Shown piece by piece: positions 1 to 11,310 of a stretch of DNA of 64,000 nt. The notes under the pieces are model-generated. The model was given only the letters and a program-made list of their open reading frames with translations, had not been told where the DNA came from and searched no databases. This stretch comes from Paragordius varius. Taxonomy: Eukaryota > Animalia > Nematomorpha. Each line of letters starts with the position of its first letter. Position 1 is the stretch's first letter. The position numbers and the translations under genes were made by a program. The DNA lies in assembly GCA_964247055.1 (NCBI GenBank), contig OZ176056.1, forward strand, positions 2,976,001 to 3,040,000, given 5' to 3'.

Positions 1-348
1 TCGAAAAATATTGAGAATCTCCTGGAAAGCCCACATCTCCAATTCTTACATACTCAAATTCATTAAACCCGAATTTTTACTTTACGATTTAATAACCTTT
101 AAACAGCTAAAATATCTGGGTCACATCCTGCGATCTGACTCGCTAGAAAAAATCATACTCTTTGGGTTGGTAGATGGCACCCGCAGAAGGGGCCGACCCA
201 AAAAGCGGTGGATCGATGTGCTCAAATCAATAACAAATCTAACCTTTCATCAACTGTTGAGAGTAACACAGGATCGCCTAAAATGGAGAACACTAATCTA
301 TGAGAAAGCCAGAGTCAGTATATGACTAGCTTATAACAACAACAACAT
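1..348 (+). mobile_element. 3' end of RTE-clade non-LTR retrotransposon (C-terminal ORF fragment plus microsatellite tail)
   Basis: ORF 11-325 has LKYLGHILRSDSLEKIILFGLVDGTRRRGRPKKRWID...QDRLKWR, the typical RTE ORF C-terminus. An (AAC)n tail follows at 335-346. Confidence 0.85.
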
Positions 349-1313
349 CTATAAATAAACTTGAAGACATCGCTATTTTTTTATCATGCCCATTTAATAA
401 TAATAATAATGTTGAATATATTGCTCAAAAACTCAGCCACTTTCTTGGTGTACCAAATTTAGCAGAGTTGGAAGAGGAATTAATAAATGTTAAATGCGAT
501 ATCCATCTAAAATCATTAGGATCAGATATATATAAATTTATAAATAAAGATAAATACCCCCATATTTGGAAAACCGCTGCATTATTCAATTCTTTTTTTG
601 GATCCACATATTTATGTGAATCGGCTTTTTCAATTATGAATGCTATCAAAACTAAACAGAGGTCACAATTAACTAATAAACATTTAGAATCATGTTTGAG
701 AATTGCTTTGACTTCATTTGAACCTAATTTAGATAAACTTTCTGAATTTTTTCGCAGTCGGGCGTTTTAAATATTTTTTTCTTTATTAAATATGGATGTT
801 TATCGAGTTGTATTTTCGCTTAGGAAAAAGCCGATTTACTAAAAAATATGTGGATAGAATTAAAACTGATACAATTTTAATGTACTCTTATTTATGTTCA
901 AATTATGGTTCTAAATTGGAATGCTATTTTTTCTTTCTTTTATTTTTTGTATCATAATGTATTCTCCCCTGTAATTTCAAATGCATTGTTTAAATTTTTA
1001 TATTGTAAAATTTCATATAATAGAAATTTAATAAATAAATATTTTGAAGTGTTTTATGTTGGTTAAAAAATTAAGGTAGTTAATAACCCGTTGTCTTTTA
1101 ATTAAAATTATTTTTGTATTTGGTTGATAGATAAAAAAATTACAATTTTAAAATGGTTTAAACAAGTCACACTCTAATCTGTAAAGCAGGTATATACATC
1201 ATTTAAAGTGTTGATTGAGTTTTTTTGATAAATATTTCTGGGTGACCGCGAACTCTTTTTTTAACAAAAAAGCCAAAAAAAAGCTCGCGACAAAAAAAGT
1301 GTGGCCACCCCTG
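349..1313 (+). mobile_element. hAT (Charlie/SPIN-like) DNA transposon, right part with transposase C-terminal dimerization domain
   Basis: Open frame 351-770 ends in FFGSTYLCESAFSIMNAIKTKQRSQLTNKHLESCLRIA (GTF2IRD2/ZBED5-type hAT C-terminus). Right TIR GTGGCCACCCCTG at 1301-1313 is followed by the 8-mer CTCTATAG with central TA, the Charlie-type target. Confidence 0.85.
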
Positions 1314-1814
1314 CTCTATAGGTATTGCGCTTGGAATCACAAATGGTATATTTGTAGTTTTCTCATCTCTTTATTGGATTAATAACTAGGATTTAAGGTG
1401 TAGTTCTTAATATTAAGGGGTACCGTTATGTTTATGTCGCATACACTTTTTTCAATGTTATGGGATATTTTGGTTAAAAAAGATTTACTCATTCGTTTTA
1501 TTTGTTTTATACTCTTCCTGGATCTTTCGTTTCCTATTTGCGTAACCGCTGAGTTTTGGCAATATCTGATAATAATGAAAATAATTATAACAAATACAAA
1601 GCTATATTACCTACTTTGTTAGAGATGAATAGAAATAAGTTTGTACATGTAGAAGGGAATACCTGCATCAAAGTTGTTTTTTGCATAATGTCTCTTAGTC
1701 TCATTTATAAAAATTTTATATTTTTTAGGGATTATTACGTAAGTTGCTGAAATCCTACTAGAAAGTTGTTATAATATTTGCATAAATTAAATTTAATTAA
1801 GAAAAATTATTTTG

Positions 1815-1892
1815 GCGCCCCTAAAAACAGCGCCCGGGGCATGATGCACCCCCTTGCCCCCCCCCCCCCCCCCCCCCCTTGGTACGCCACTG
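1815..1892. mobile_element. Isolated terminus of a hAT-like element
   Basis: GCGCCCGGGGCA...poly-C...GGTACGCCACTG; the reverse complement CAGTGGCGTACC is a common hAT TIR. No partner end found. Confidence 0.55.
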
Positions 1893-2533
1893 CAACTGGG
1901 TTAAAATTAACAAGATACAGAAAAGGTTGATAAACAATTGTTTTAACAAAATTATTATACTAATAATGAGTTAGTTGAGCCCAAATATTAGGGTAAATTT
2001 AACATGTTCAAGGGTAAAAATATTTTATAATATGAAATGCTTAAGGATGGAATTTATGGGATGTTCAACACGGTTTTTGCGATACGCAAAAATGCTCTAA
2101 AAAATTGGAATTAAATCAAAAATATACGATTATTTCGAAGATATATTATCCAAAATTGAGGTCAAGAAAACCAAAATATATCAAAGCACCCACGAAGATG
2201 TTTATGTTGAACATTAATGATTTAAGGCTCAATGGTATATTTTATCCTTTGAATATATCAATTTACATCCACAACCATAATTTTTCCAATACAACGAGTT
2301 ATTTTTTAAAAATCTATATAGTGGTCTTAATTACCATATTTTTAATTTTAAGCAATCAGTTAATTTATAGTTTATTAATTACCCAGAAGTAAGAAAAAAA
2401 ATATAGGGCGTAAGTAAACAAACAATTTGCAGTCTATGTGCGTCTGTTTACAAATTCTAAAAATAATTTGTTTACTAAATTCGATTCGCAAAATTTAACC
2501 TATATCTTTATTATCGATTAAAAAATTGAAAAT

Positions 2534-2541
2534 TATATAAA
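2534..2541 (+). promoter_or_regulatory. TATA box of serpin-1
   Basis: TATATAAA about 70 bp upstream of ATG 2609. The same motif is at the equivalent position in serpin-2 (54849-54856, minus) and serpin-3 (57007-57014). Confidence 0.6.
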
Positions 2542-2608
2542 GTAGGATGTATTGCTAAAATTTTAATATTTTTTTTTGTTAAAAACTTTGACAATCCTTA
2601 CCCATAAA

Positions 2609-4026
2609 ATGAAACTGATATTAATTGTAATACTTTTTGCCTCTACACTATCATGTTTTTGGAGTCAACCTTTGGAAACAAGCGAGAGATCATACTCAAC
2701 TGCATATCTATGGAAGGGTCAAACATTGAAGAAAATTGTATCATATCACCCATTACAGTAAAAGCGAGTCTTGCTTTGGTAGAAGCCGCTAGTTCCTGTA
2801 AAAACAAAATTATCTCTCCCCAATCTGAATTAGCCAATGATACTAAATCCTTTATGGTCGTCAACAATGTTAAATTATCATCAGGATTGGCCAACAATAC
2901 GGATACCACAATAAGTTTAGTAAACGCCGTGTATGTGGATAAACGATCTAAGCTAAATCCTAAATTTGAATCTATCGTCAAAGATTTCGGAGCACCCAAA
3001 GCAATAAATATGTCAGACTCTCAACAATCTATAAATGAAATCAATAGGGATGTTACGAATTGGACTCATAATAAAACCACGAAAATCATTGAGAGTGTTT
3101 CATCAAATACTGCAACAATTTTCATTTCTTCCTTGTACTTCAAAGCTTTGTGGCTTAAACCATTTCAAAAGTAAATTATTAAACAAAAAAGCAACTAATG
3201 TTAAAAATATTTTTCTTTGAATTAATTGTCAGTATTGATGAATATGTGTAATAAATTATTGAAATTTAGAGTCAAGAAAAGCCCATTCAAAGATTACAAA
3301 GGGAATGTGACCTTGGTTGATTCATTGAGCACAAATGACGATTTTACAGTATACAATACAAGCGAAATCAATTCAACCATAGTAGTATTGCCATACAAAA
3401 ATGATAACTTTACATTTACTGCGATTGTCCCTGGAACTAAAGAAAATATGCACCGCATTCAAAACATATTGAATAATAAGGTTGTTGAGAATAGAGTCAT
3501 GTCTCAAATCTCTAGTTGGATAAATGCATCAAGCAATACCACAAAGCGTGGATTAAAAATTCCCTTAATCAATATAACAGCTGAACATGATCTACTTTCC
3601 AAACTTGACAAAGCACTCCAGTGCCATTAAGAGTAACAATTTTTTTGTATAGTTTTCATATTATTATGCTTGTTTTTAACTCAAAACTGGCAAAATAAGT
3701 TTTTACTTTTAGAAAAAAATTCTTAGATTATGCCATATTTTTTGTATTGAATGATAATTTATCTTTCTCTCTTTAGTAAATTGGACAATATATTTGACAC
3801 AGAAGTTTCAATTACACGCATGGTTCAAAAAATTAGATTAGAGACGGGACTAAATGGTACAGAAGGGGCGAGCGTTGTAGCAACTGAAATGATGTATAGA
3901 TCTGCCGATCTTGATTACAAAATCAATCGACCTTTCCTCTATTTTATTTCCCATACAGATCGTCACATCCTTTTTGCTGGGCGATATGCGAAATCCCCAT
4001 CTTCTAACAGCGGACTCTTAAATTAA
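2609..4026 (+). pseudogene. Secreted serpin pseudogene (serpin-1); exons 2609-3170, 3270-3632, 3777-4026
   Basis: Signal peptide MKLILIVILFASTLS; motifs SPITVKASLAL, LVNAVYV, SSLYFKALWLKPF, GTEGASVVATEMMYRS, NRPFLYFI. Relative to serpin-2 it has a 4-bp deletion near 2709 (frameshift) and a TAA stop at 3628-3630. Confidence 0.9.
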
Positions 4027-5529
4027 GACCCTATTTGAATCACAACATCAATAATATATTAAATAAATAATAATATATTAAATACATATTGTGTAGATAT
4101 CCATATGGATGAATTCTTAGAATTGGTGCCTATTAATACATTTCATTTCTATATATAAATATGCATATTATTGGTTGTTATGTTACTTTAGTCAGAAGCT
4201 TTTGTTTTCTCTGATTATGCAAGTCTCATCCTTTGTAAATAAAGATTTGATAAATTTGAATTATTAAATTAATTTGTAAGTATGTATGCAAAAGTAATTC
4301 TGATAAAATTGAATAAAAAAGTTTAACAGGATATCCGTAGTGCGTTTGGAGAGAAGTCATTTTAGAATGTGTTTGTTGATTTCATATCGATAGATCGCAA
4401 AATTAGCGCACTTTTATCAAAAGCTCTATGCAATACTGTAAAAAGATCATCAAATTAAATTATATTTTTCAAAATCAAAATAAAATTATTGTTTGCCCTA
4501 AACATTTAAATATACCTTAAGTATAAGAGAAATATATAGAGAAAAAGTTATAGCCATCCTTAACCAAAAGATGAAACGTCCAAACATTATCGTACATATA
4601 AGCCTACTTAATCGAAGAAAAAACGGAAAGAATTAGTCAAAATGGCTAAAAAATTTTAAACCACAACATATTAACACTTTCTGACCTTTTGAGCTTAATC
4701 CCAAGCGATATTAAATTAAATTATCATAAAAAGTATTTAATTAGGCCGATTTCAATAATATGCTTTCTTTAGCCTTCAGGAACATGATACAAGATATTTT
4801 TTATAAAAATCTAAAACGGTAAAAAGCTCATCCCAACTGTTTCGCCGCCATATTTCTTATTTTTTTAAATAGGTAATATCACTCGGATACAAATCTTTTA
4901 TTTCCCGTTTCGCAACTCAAAAGGATGATTTAAATTTCTGAAAATACAAGAAAATATATGGTTGTTTTTTAAAAAAACCAAATGTTAAATAAATTTCTGT
5001 AAGTTCCGTTTACAAATATTAACACTTGGATACAACACATTCATTTTAGTCCTTCGATTCAAATTGGGTTAGTTAAATACCCCAGGCCTGCTTAAAAATA
5101 AATTCTTTAAGAAATACGGAAAGAATCAAAAGCATAGTAAAATTTTGCACTCATATAACAATAATAAACCGAAATATATAAAAAATTTTATTCAAAAATA
5201 CTTGATATAACTTATTTTAAGCTAAAACCGAAAGGTAAAAATTTAGTCAACGTGACATATAATTAAAAAATTATATATAATTAATGGAAGTAAAGCTATA
5301 TAACCCAGAATAATAGAAGTAAAGATATATTAAACAAAAATTTATTAAATATCAGAAATCAAAACATGTGTGTGTGATATTATAATACAGCAATTATATA
5401 CTAGCTATTTTGCTTGAAGCTACAATTAACATTTAGGTGTATCACAAAGAGTTGTAATTGTTTACAATTGTTTGTGTCTACGACAGTAGGATCTAACTTA
5501 ACATCACTCTTTCCCTGTCCTTGATATCT

Positions 5530-8500
5530 ATCTGGTGGGTGTCGAACTCGTGTAGGGTATCACCGTTCTGTATGAGTGTCAGTGGTAGGTGCTATAGTGG
5601 GTGTTTGGGATGGCAATTTAATGATGGGTTCCGAGGGTTGAGGCGGAGGTAAGGTCGAGTCTTCGGTCGTGGCAGTAGGGACTAACATATAGGTCATGCG
5701 ATGGTGGAGTTTCTTCGGATGAAATTGTCTTACCCATTATCCTTTTGACTCCTTCCCTTGGTCTCAGTTACTCTGCGTGTTTTCGGATGATTTTGTTATC
5801 ATCTTGTATTTCATATGAGAGTAATCCGAGTCGTTTATTTACAATTCCTTCTCGCCAACCATTCGATAGTTCATTTTTTATGTATACTTTTTCGTTTTCA
5901 TGGTATTCGTGATTAGGTTGTACATCGTTTAAGAAGTCTGTTTGTTTATATTGTAGCCATGTGATTGGATTGGGTAGGGTACGTTTTAGGAAAAGTTGAG
6001 CGGGACATGTATTTGTAGCACTGTGTATGTTAGTGCGGTATCCCCAAAACGTGTTATTTATTTTGGAATGTGGGTCATCGTCTTCTGCTGACCGATAATG
6101 TGTTTTTAGGGTGTATATTACTCGTTACACCATTTCGTTAGTTTTTGGATGATAGGGAACTGATGTTACATGTTTAATGTTTCCCGTTTCCATAACTTTT
6201 TTAAAATCCTCAGATGTAAAGTAAGACGCGTTGTCGGTTACTATCATTCTTGGAGATCCATATCGACTGATACATTCGTCTAGGAAATTTAAGATATTTT
6301 TGGTCGATATCATTTTCGATAGTTTAACTTCGACTCACCGAGAATAACTGTCAATAAGAACTATCCAATAATAATTGTCTATCGGGCCTGCTATATCTAG
6401 ATGTAATCTCTCCCATATTGCTGTATTCGTGTTCCAATTGTATGTGGGATTCAGTTTTCGCCTCGGACGGTTTTCTTGACACTTTTTAGACGTATCTACC
6501 CACTTTTTTATGTCGCTTTCCATATTGTGCCAAAAGACTATTTGTTTTGCTTGTTCGTACATTGCTTTGAATCCGGGGTGTCCGATAATTGTAAGATATT
6601 TATTTTTTGAGATTCGGGAATTATTAATCTATCATGCCAATATAATAACCCGTATGTATTTTCAATTTCATTTCTAAAACTGTGGAATGGATGTAATATT
6701 TTATTGGACCAGTTGTTTGTTCTTAGTGCTCTTATTACCTGTTTTAATACAGGGTTGGTTTCGGTCTGGCTTCTAATGTGGTCACGATTTATATTGAATA
6801 GATTACTTTTGACTAATCTTACATGTTCTGCTGTTTGAAAGCTTTCTGTGTCTTGTTGTTGTGGTTCTGTCGGCATGCGGGACAATGGATCTGCAATGTT
6901 TTCGTGACTTTTAATGTACCGTAGATTGTAATTAAATTCGCTGGCTTTATATATCCAACGTAGTAGCTTGGATTTATTTATTTGGATTAATTTACGATTA
7001 CCAAACAGCTATTAGTGGTTTGTGATCAGTACGCAGTTCAAACTTCTTCCCCGTAATGAACGTTCTAAATTTTTCAAAAGCGAAAAGTATGGCTTGTGAT
7101 TCCTTTTCTATCACTGAATAATTTTCTTCGGGTTTGGACCACTTTCTAGATGCGTAGGCAATGGGTTTATTTATGCCCTCTTGCGTGGTCTGTAGTAACA
7201 CTGCTCCGTACCCTTTATTCGAGGCGTCTGTTTCGATTAATATAGGTAACCCAGGGTTGAACGGAGTTAGTTTAACAGTATGACATATTGATTTTTTGGC
7301 TCTGTTAAAACAGTCCTCGTGGTTTTTGGTCCATATCCAGGGTTTTTTATAACTGCTTAGGTCGTGAAATATAGCCAAACATCCATGCAATTTCGGGAGG
7401 AATCGTGTGTGAAATTTTATTAAGCCTAAAAAGAACTTGAGTGTTGTTTTGTCCGTGGGTCTTGGGAAGTTTTGTATGGCTTCCACTTTTTCGGCAGCTG
7501 GTGATATGCCGTTTTTTGATATTACATATCCCAAATAACTTACAGACGGTTGAAAAAGTTTTAGTTTCCTTTTACTTAATTTTAAACCAGAATCGTCTAA
7601 ACGCTTAAATACCTTTTCTAAGTTTCTTTTATGTTCGTTTCGGTTTTTTCCTGTTATTAAAATATCGCCTAAATATACAGCTGTTCCCGGGCAGTCACCT
7701 AAAATCATATCCATTAATCTTTGAAAAATGCAGGGGCGCTTGTTAGGCCAAAGGGAAGCCTTTTATATGTAAAATACCCTAGGGGTGTGGTAATTGTTAA
7801 TAACTTTTGACTTTCTTGATCTATTGGCAATTGCAGATATGCGTCTTTCAAATCGATTACCGAAAATGATTCTCCCAATCCTATTTTGAAAACTAATTCG
7901 TCAAATGTCGGTATATTATGACTGTCATCTACTAGATGTTGTAACACGATAATCTGCACATAACCTTAGAGAGCCATTCGCTTTTGTTATACAAACAATA
8001 GGGGTGGCCCAGGTTAGTTTCTCAGTCGTAGGGTCTAATGGTTTGATTATGTCCGCTTCTAAAAGTCTCTTAATTTCAGAGTCGACTTTTTCTTTTAACG
8101 GTATCGGGATGCGGCGACACTTAAAAATTTTTAGTTTTGTATTGTTTTTTAAAAAAAGTTTAATAGGGGTTCCCGTGAAACACCCTAACTTTTCACAAAA
8201 AAGTGAATTAAATTTATTAATAAGTGAATTTTCCTCAAATGTATTAATATTAAAACATTTACAACAATTTATCAACTGTTTTATGGCATTCGGGAATTTT
8301 GTAGACAATCCCAACCAAGAATTGCTGGAACCTTCTTGCCGCTTACAACCATACACGCCAGAGATTTTGTTTCACCATCGCATTGTACCGTGACCATACA
8401 AATACCCTTGGAATTGATTCTTTGTCCACCATAGCTATACAAATCTGGGCCTGTTTGTTGCAACCCGAGCTTCCCAATTTTTTCCCACGCTTGACAATCG

Positions 8501-9310
8501 ATTATAGATACGCTTGAACCTGTGTCTATAATCATGTGTATTGGTTTGCCATTTATTATTATTGCTATCTTGGAGGTGGCTCCAGATTCGACATGCTGAA
8601 CGTTGCTAATCCTTTTCTTCTTACAGCACGGTTGGAAGTGATTCCAGCCTTGGCACTTATAACATTGTTTGCCCCAAGCTGGGCATCTGCCGGGTGCATG
8701 ACCTAAACCGCAGAATCGACACATGTTTTGTTATTTCCGAACTGTAGTCTGCAATATCTGGCCATCTATTGTTGTTAGTTGATGTGCTTTTTCATAGTTG
8801 AGAGCAATGTCTACCACTTGTTTGAGCGTTAGTGCTTCGTTTCCTTACATTGCATCGGGGAATCTAGTGAATAGATCTAGTTCTAATTTTTCCACTCCCA
8901 GGCCTGCAATAAACACGTCGCGCATTTTTTCATCGATGTCGAGCTTGAAGTTGCATTTTGCGGCTTCGGTTGACACTTAACAGAAATTCCGTAAATGTTT
9001 CATTTTCTTTCCGACGGAGTTTTACGAAATTGAATCTGGCCTGGAATATGTTTGTCCTATTCGATTCGTATATTTTCCTGTCGGCTTCAATGATGTCCGG
9101 CCAGGAGATATTATCTAGTGAATTTGGGAACAGGAATAGTTCGAATTTCTTTTTGACCGACATTCCTGCGTAGGCGAGGAATAACGTCTTGCAATTGTTA
9201 TCGTTTGCCGTCATGTTTTTTGCAGCTAACATTCGCTGTATGTACGAAGCGTATCGGTCAAAATTTTCCTTTTCATCAAAACTTTCCAGAGAAATTTTTG
9301 CCAGGTTCAT
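5530..9310 (-). pseudogene. gag-pol of the gypsy element, broken by frameshifts and stops
   Basis: Gag knuckles CRFCGLGHAPGRCPAWGKQCYKC; protease IIDTGSS; RT WATPIV, RLCADYR, IDLKDAYLQ, RLPFGL and YLGD (from YLDD); RNase H ETDASNKGYGAVL; integrase WERLHLDIAGP, VTDNASYF, PYHPKTN. Confidence 0.93.
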
Positions 9311-9369
9311 TACCGCGCCAATAATGGAAGTAAAGCTATATAACCTAGAATAATAGAAGTAAAGATATA

Positions 9370-10619
9370 TGTTATGCAAATCTGGAAGATATACTTTATT
9401 TTTATATCATGGGTTACATGCAAATGTGAAATACATATCATAACTTTCACCGTTATTAGAATTGTATTATTTTCTATATTTTTTGTGTAATATGTAAATA
9501 TTATAATCTTTGTTACTTGAAATTTTATTGTTATAATTCAAAATATGTGCAACTTAAATTATATATAAACCCTACAAAAACCGAATAAATTCAGTTCATT
9601 TCACATTTCTTTTATTATCTCTTATCTTAAAAGATAACAACTGGTGGCAATTCGAGTATCGAACTAATCTAACAACTAATCTAACACAACAGTGGAACCT
9701 CCGGGTTCCAAACTCGGATGGGGAGTTAGAGTCCAAAGTTCCACAACCATGACAATGTCAATTGCCAATATTACCAGCATATCCAGTAAAAAATTTAATG
9801 ATAATACCAATTAGAACAATGGTAATAATTTTTCGATCACAACAATCAACCTCTGACACATTTGCGCAAGGGTTATGGGAGTGTTCATGGGCCAAACAAA
9901 TGTCCCGCCTGGAACCGCAATTGCAAATGCGGAAAAAAAACTGCCAAAAAAATGTTCAACCGCCATTGCACTGAAAAACGGGCTAATAATCTATAGCGAC
10001 TTTGGAATCATTATCAACAAATGGCTGGGGAGGACTCCCACATCATTCAACATTTGATGGATGGGTAAGTAAGATTGGCGCGGACAAGCTTGTAATAAGA
10101 TTAATCAGTAAGACGCCTACCTCCCCAGGCCGAGCTAAAGCTACACCCTCGACGATTTCAACAATAAGAGGATGTGTCAGTTACAAAAGGACACTGGACA
10201 CACCGCCAACTTAACGACAACGGTCACTCAAAAAGTAGTAATGATAACATTAATAGCAATAATGACAATATCAATGAAAATCCGCACGAGCGTCGTTACC
10301 CCGAGAGAATTCGGCGGAAGCCGGTCCGGTTCTCTTAAGGGGGAAGTGATGTTATGCAAATCTGGAAGATATACTTTATTTTTATATCATGGGTTACATG
10401 CAAATGTGAAATACATATCATAACTTTCACCGTTATTTGAATTGTATTATTTTCTATATTTTTTGTGTAATATGTAAATATTATAATCTTTGTTACTTGA
10501 AATTTTATTGTTATAATTCAAAATATGTGCAACTTAAATTATATATAAACCCTACAAAAACCGAATAAATTCAGTTCATTTCACATTTCTTTTATTATCT
10601 CTTATCTTAAAAGATAACA
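9370..10619 (+). mobile_element. Non-autonomous miniature LTR retrotransposon (TRIM-like, 1250 bp) inserted in the gypsy 5' LTR
   Basis: 270-bp LTRs at 9370-9639 and 10350-10619 (TGTTAT...ATAACA, one mismatch seen); 5-bp TSD ATATA; PBS TGGTGGCAAT at 9642; PPT AAGGGGGAAGTGA at 10337-10349; no long ORF. Confidence 0.95.
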
Positions 10620-11310
10620 ATATATTAAACAAAAATTTATTAAATATCAGAAATCAAAACATGTGTGTGTGATATTATAATACAGCAATTATATACTAGC
10701 TATTTTGCTTGAATTACAATTAACATTAACTAGGTGTATCACAAAGAGTTATAATTGTTTACAATTATATAGGTGCGTTTGTGTCTACGACAGTAGGATC
10801 TAACTTAACAATAATAAACAGTTTTTTCTATTTATATCAATGTTACATATAATTATAAAAATTAGCTTTAATTTTACCCTTAAAATTAAATGGAGACAAT
10901 ATATTACAAAAACACTGTAAAATAAAAATGGCATCGAAGTAGTTTGACGATTTTTTTCAAAACAAAATTTTATCTTTTGGCATATTATATGATTTGTATT
11001 AGGATAGAAGCATTGGTTTGGGACCGTTTCCTTCAGCAAAATATACATTATTAATTTAGTCTGGGGTATCATGTTTGAATATTAAATTTCATTCTTAACT
11101 TCTGCACTTAGTCAAAATACCATGACATGACCTATAAAAATGATCTAAATAAAATATTTGGGTTTAAATTATTTATATATACATATATACAGATTAAATC
11201 AGAATCTGTTGTGATATCAAACAAATTTAAATATAAGTGGTCCTCACCAAAATTAACCGGCCGAATACATGATTATTTTTTCAAGGGTTACAATATACTA
11301 GCGATATATA

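Larger units (their letters stand above)
2370..5022 (+). repeat. Arm 1 of an inverted segmental duplication (partner about 52400-55030) containing the serpin gene and flanks
   Basis: Promoter, three exons, both introns and about 1 kb downstream align by eye with the reverse complement of 52400-55030. Confidence 0.9.
5282..10810 (-). mobile_element. Ty3/gypsy (Mag-like) LTR retrotransposon, full length but degenerate
   Basis: LTRs at 5282-5503 and 9322-9369 plus 10620-10810; 5-bp TSD ATAAT (5277-5281 and 10811-10815). PBS TGGCGCGG at 9320 downward; PPT AAGGACAGGGAAAGAGTGA next to the 3' LTR. Domain order gag-PR-RT-RH-INT. Confidence 0.95.
5019..11080. mobile_element. TTAA-flanked (piggyBac-like) MITE split by the gypsy insertion; left part 5019-5281, right part 10811-about 11080
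   Basis: Starts TTAA-CACTTGGATAC. The two halves join into the same sequence as the copies at 13935-14379 and 49647-50216. Confidence 0.75.

Noticed and set aside
1857-1878. Poly-C/poly-G tract as a functional G-quadruplex (also 13515-13525)
   Set aside because: Both are homopolymer expansions inside hAT subterminal regions, a common feature of these elements.
1428-2392. ORFs at 1428, 1556 and 2105
   Set aside because: Short, AT-biased, no recognisable motif and no splice-consistent partners.
8004-8393. 129-aa plus-strand ORF, and other antisense ORFs (2643-2999, 8798, 8958, 16450, 32660, 57147, 61707)
   Set aside because: Shadows of real coding sequence on the opposite strand with no motifs of their own.
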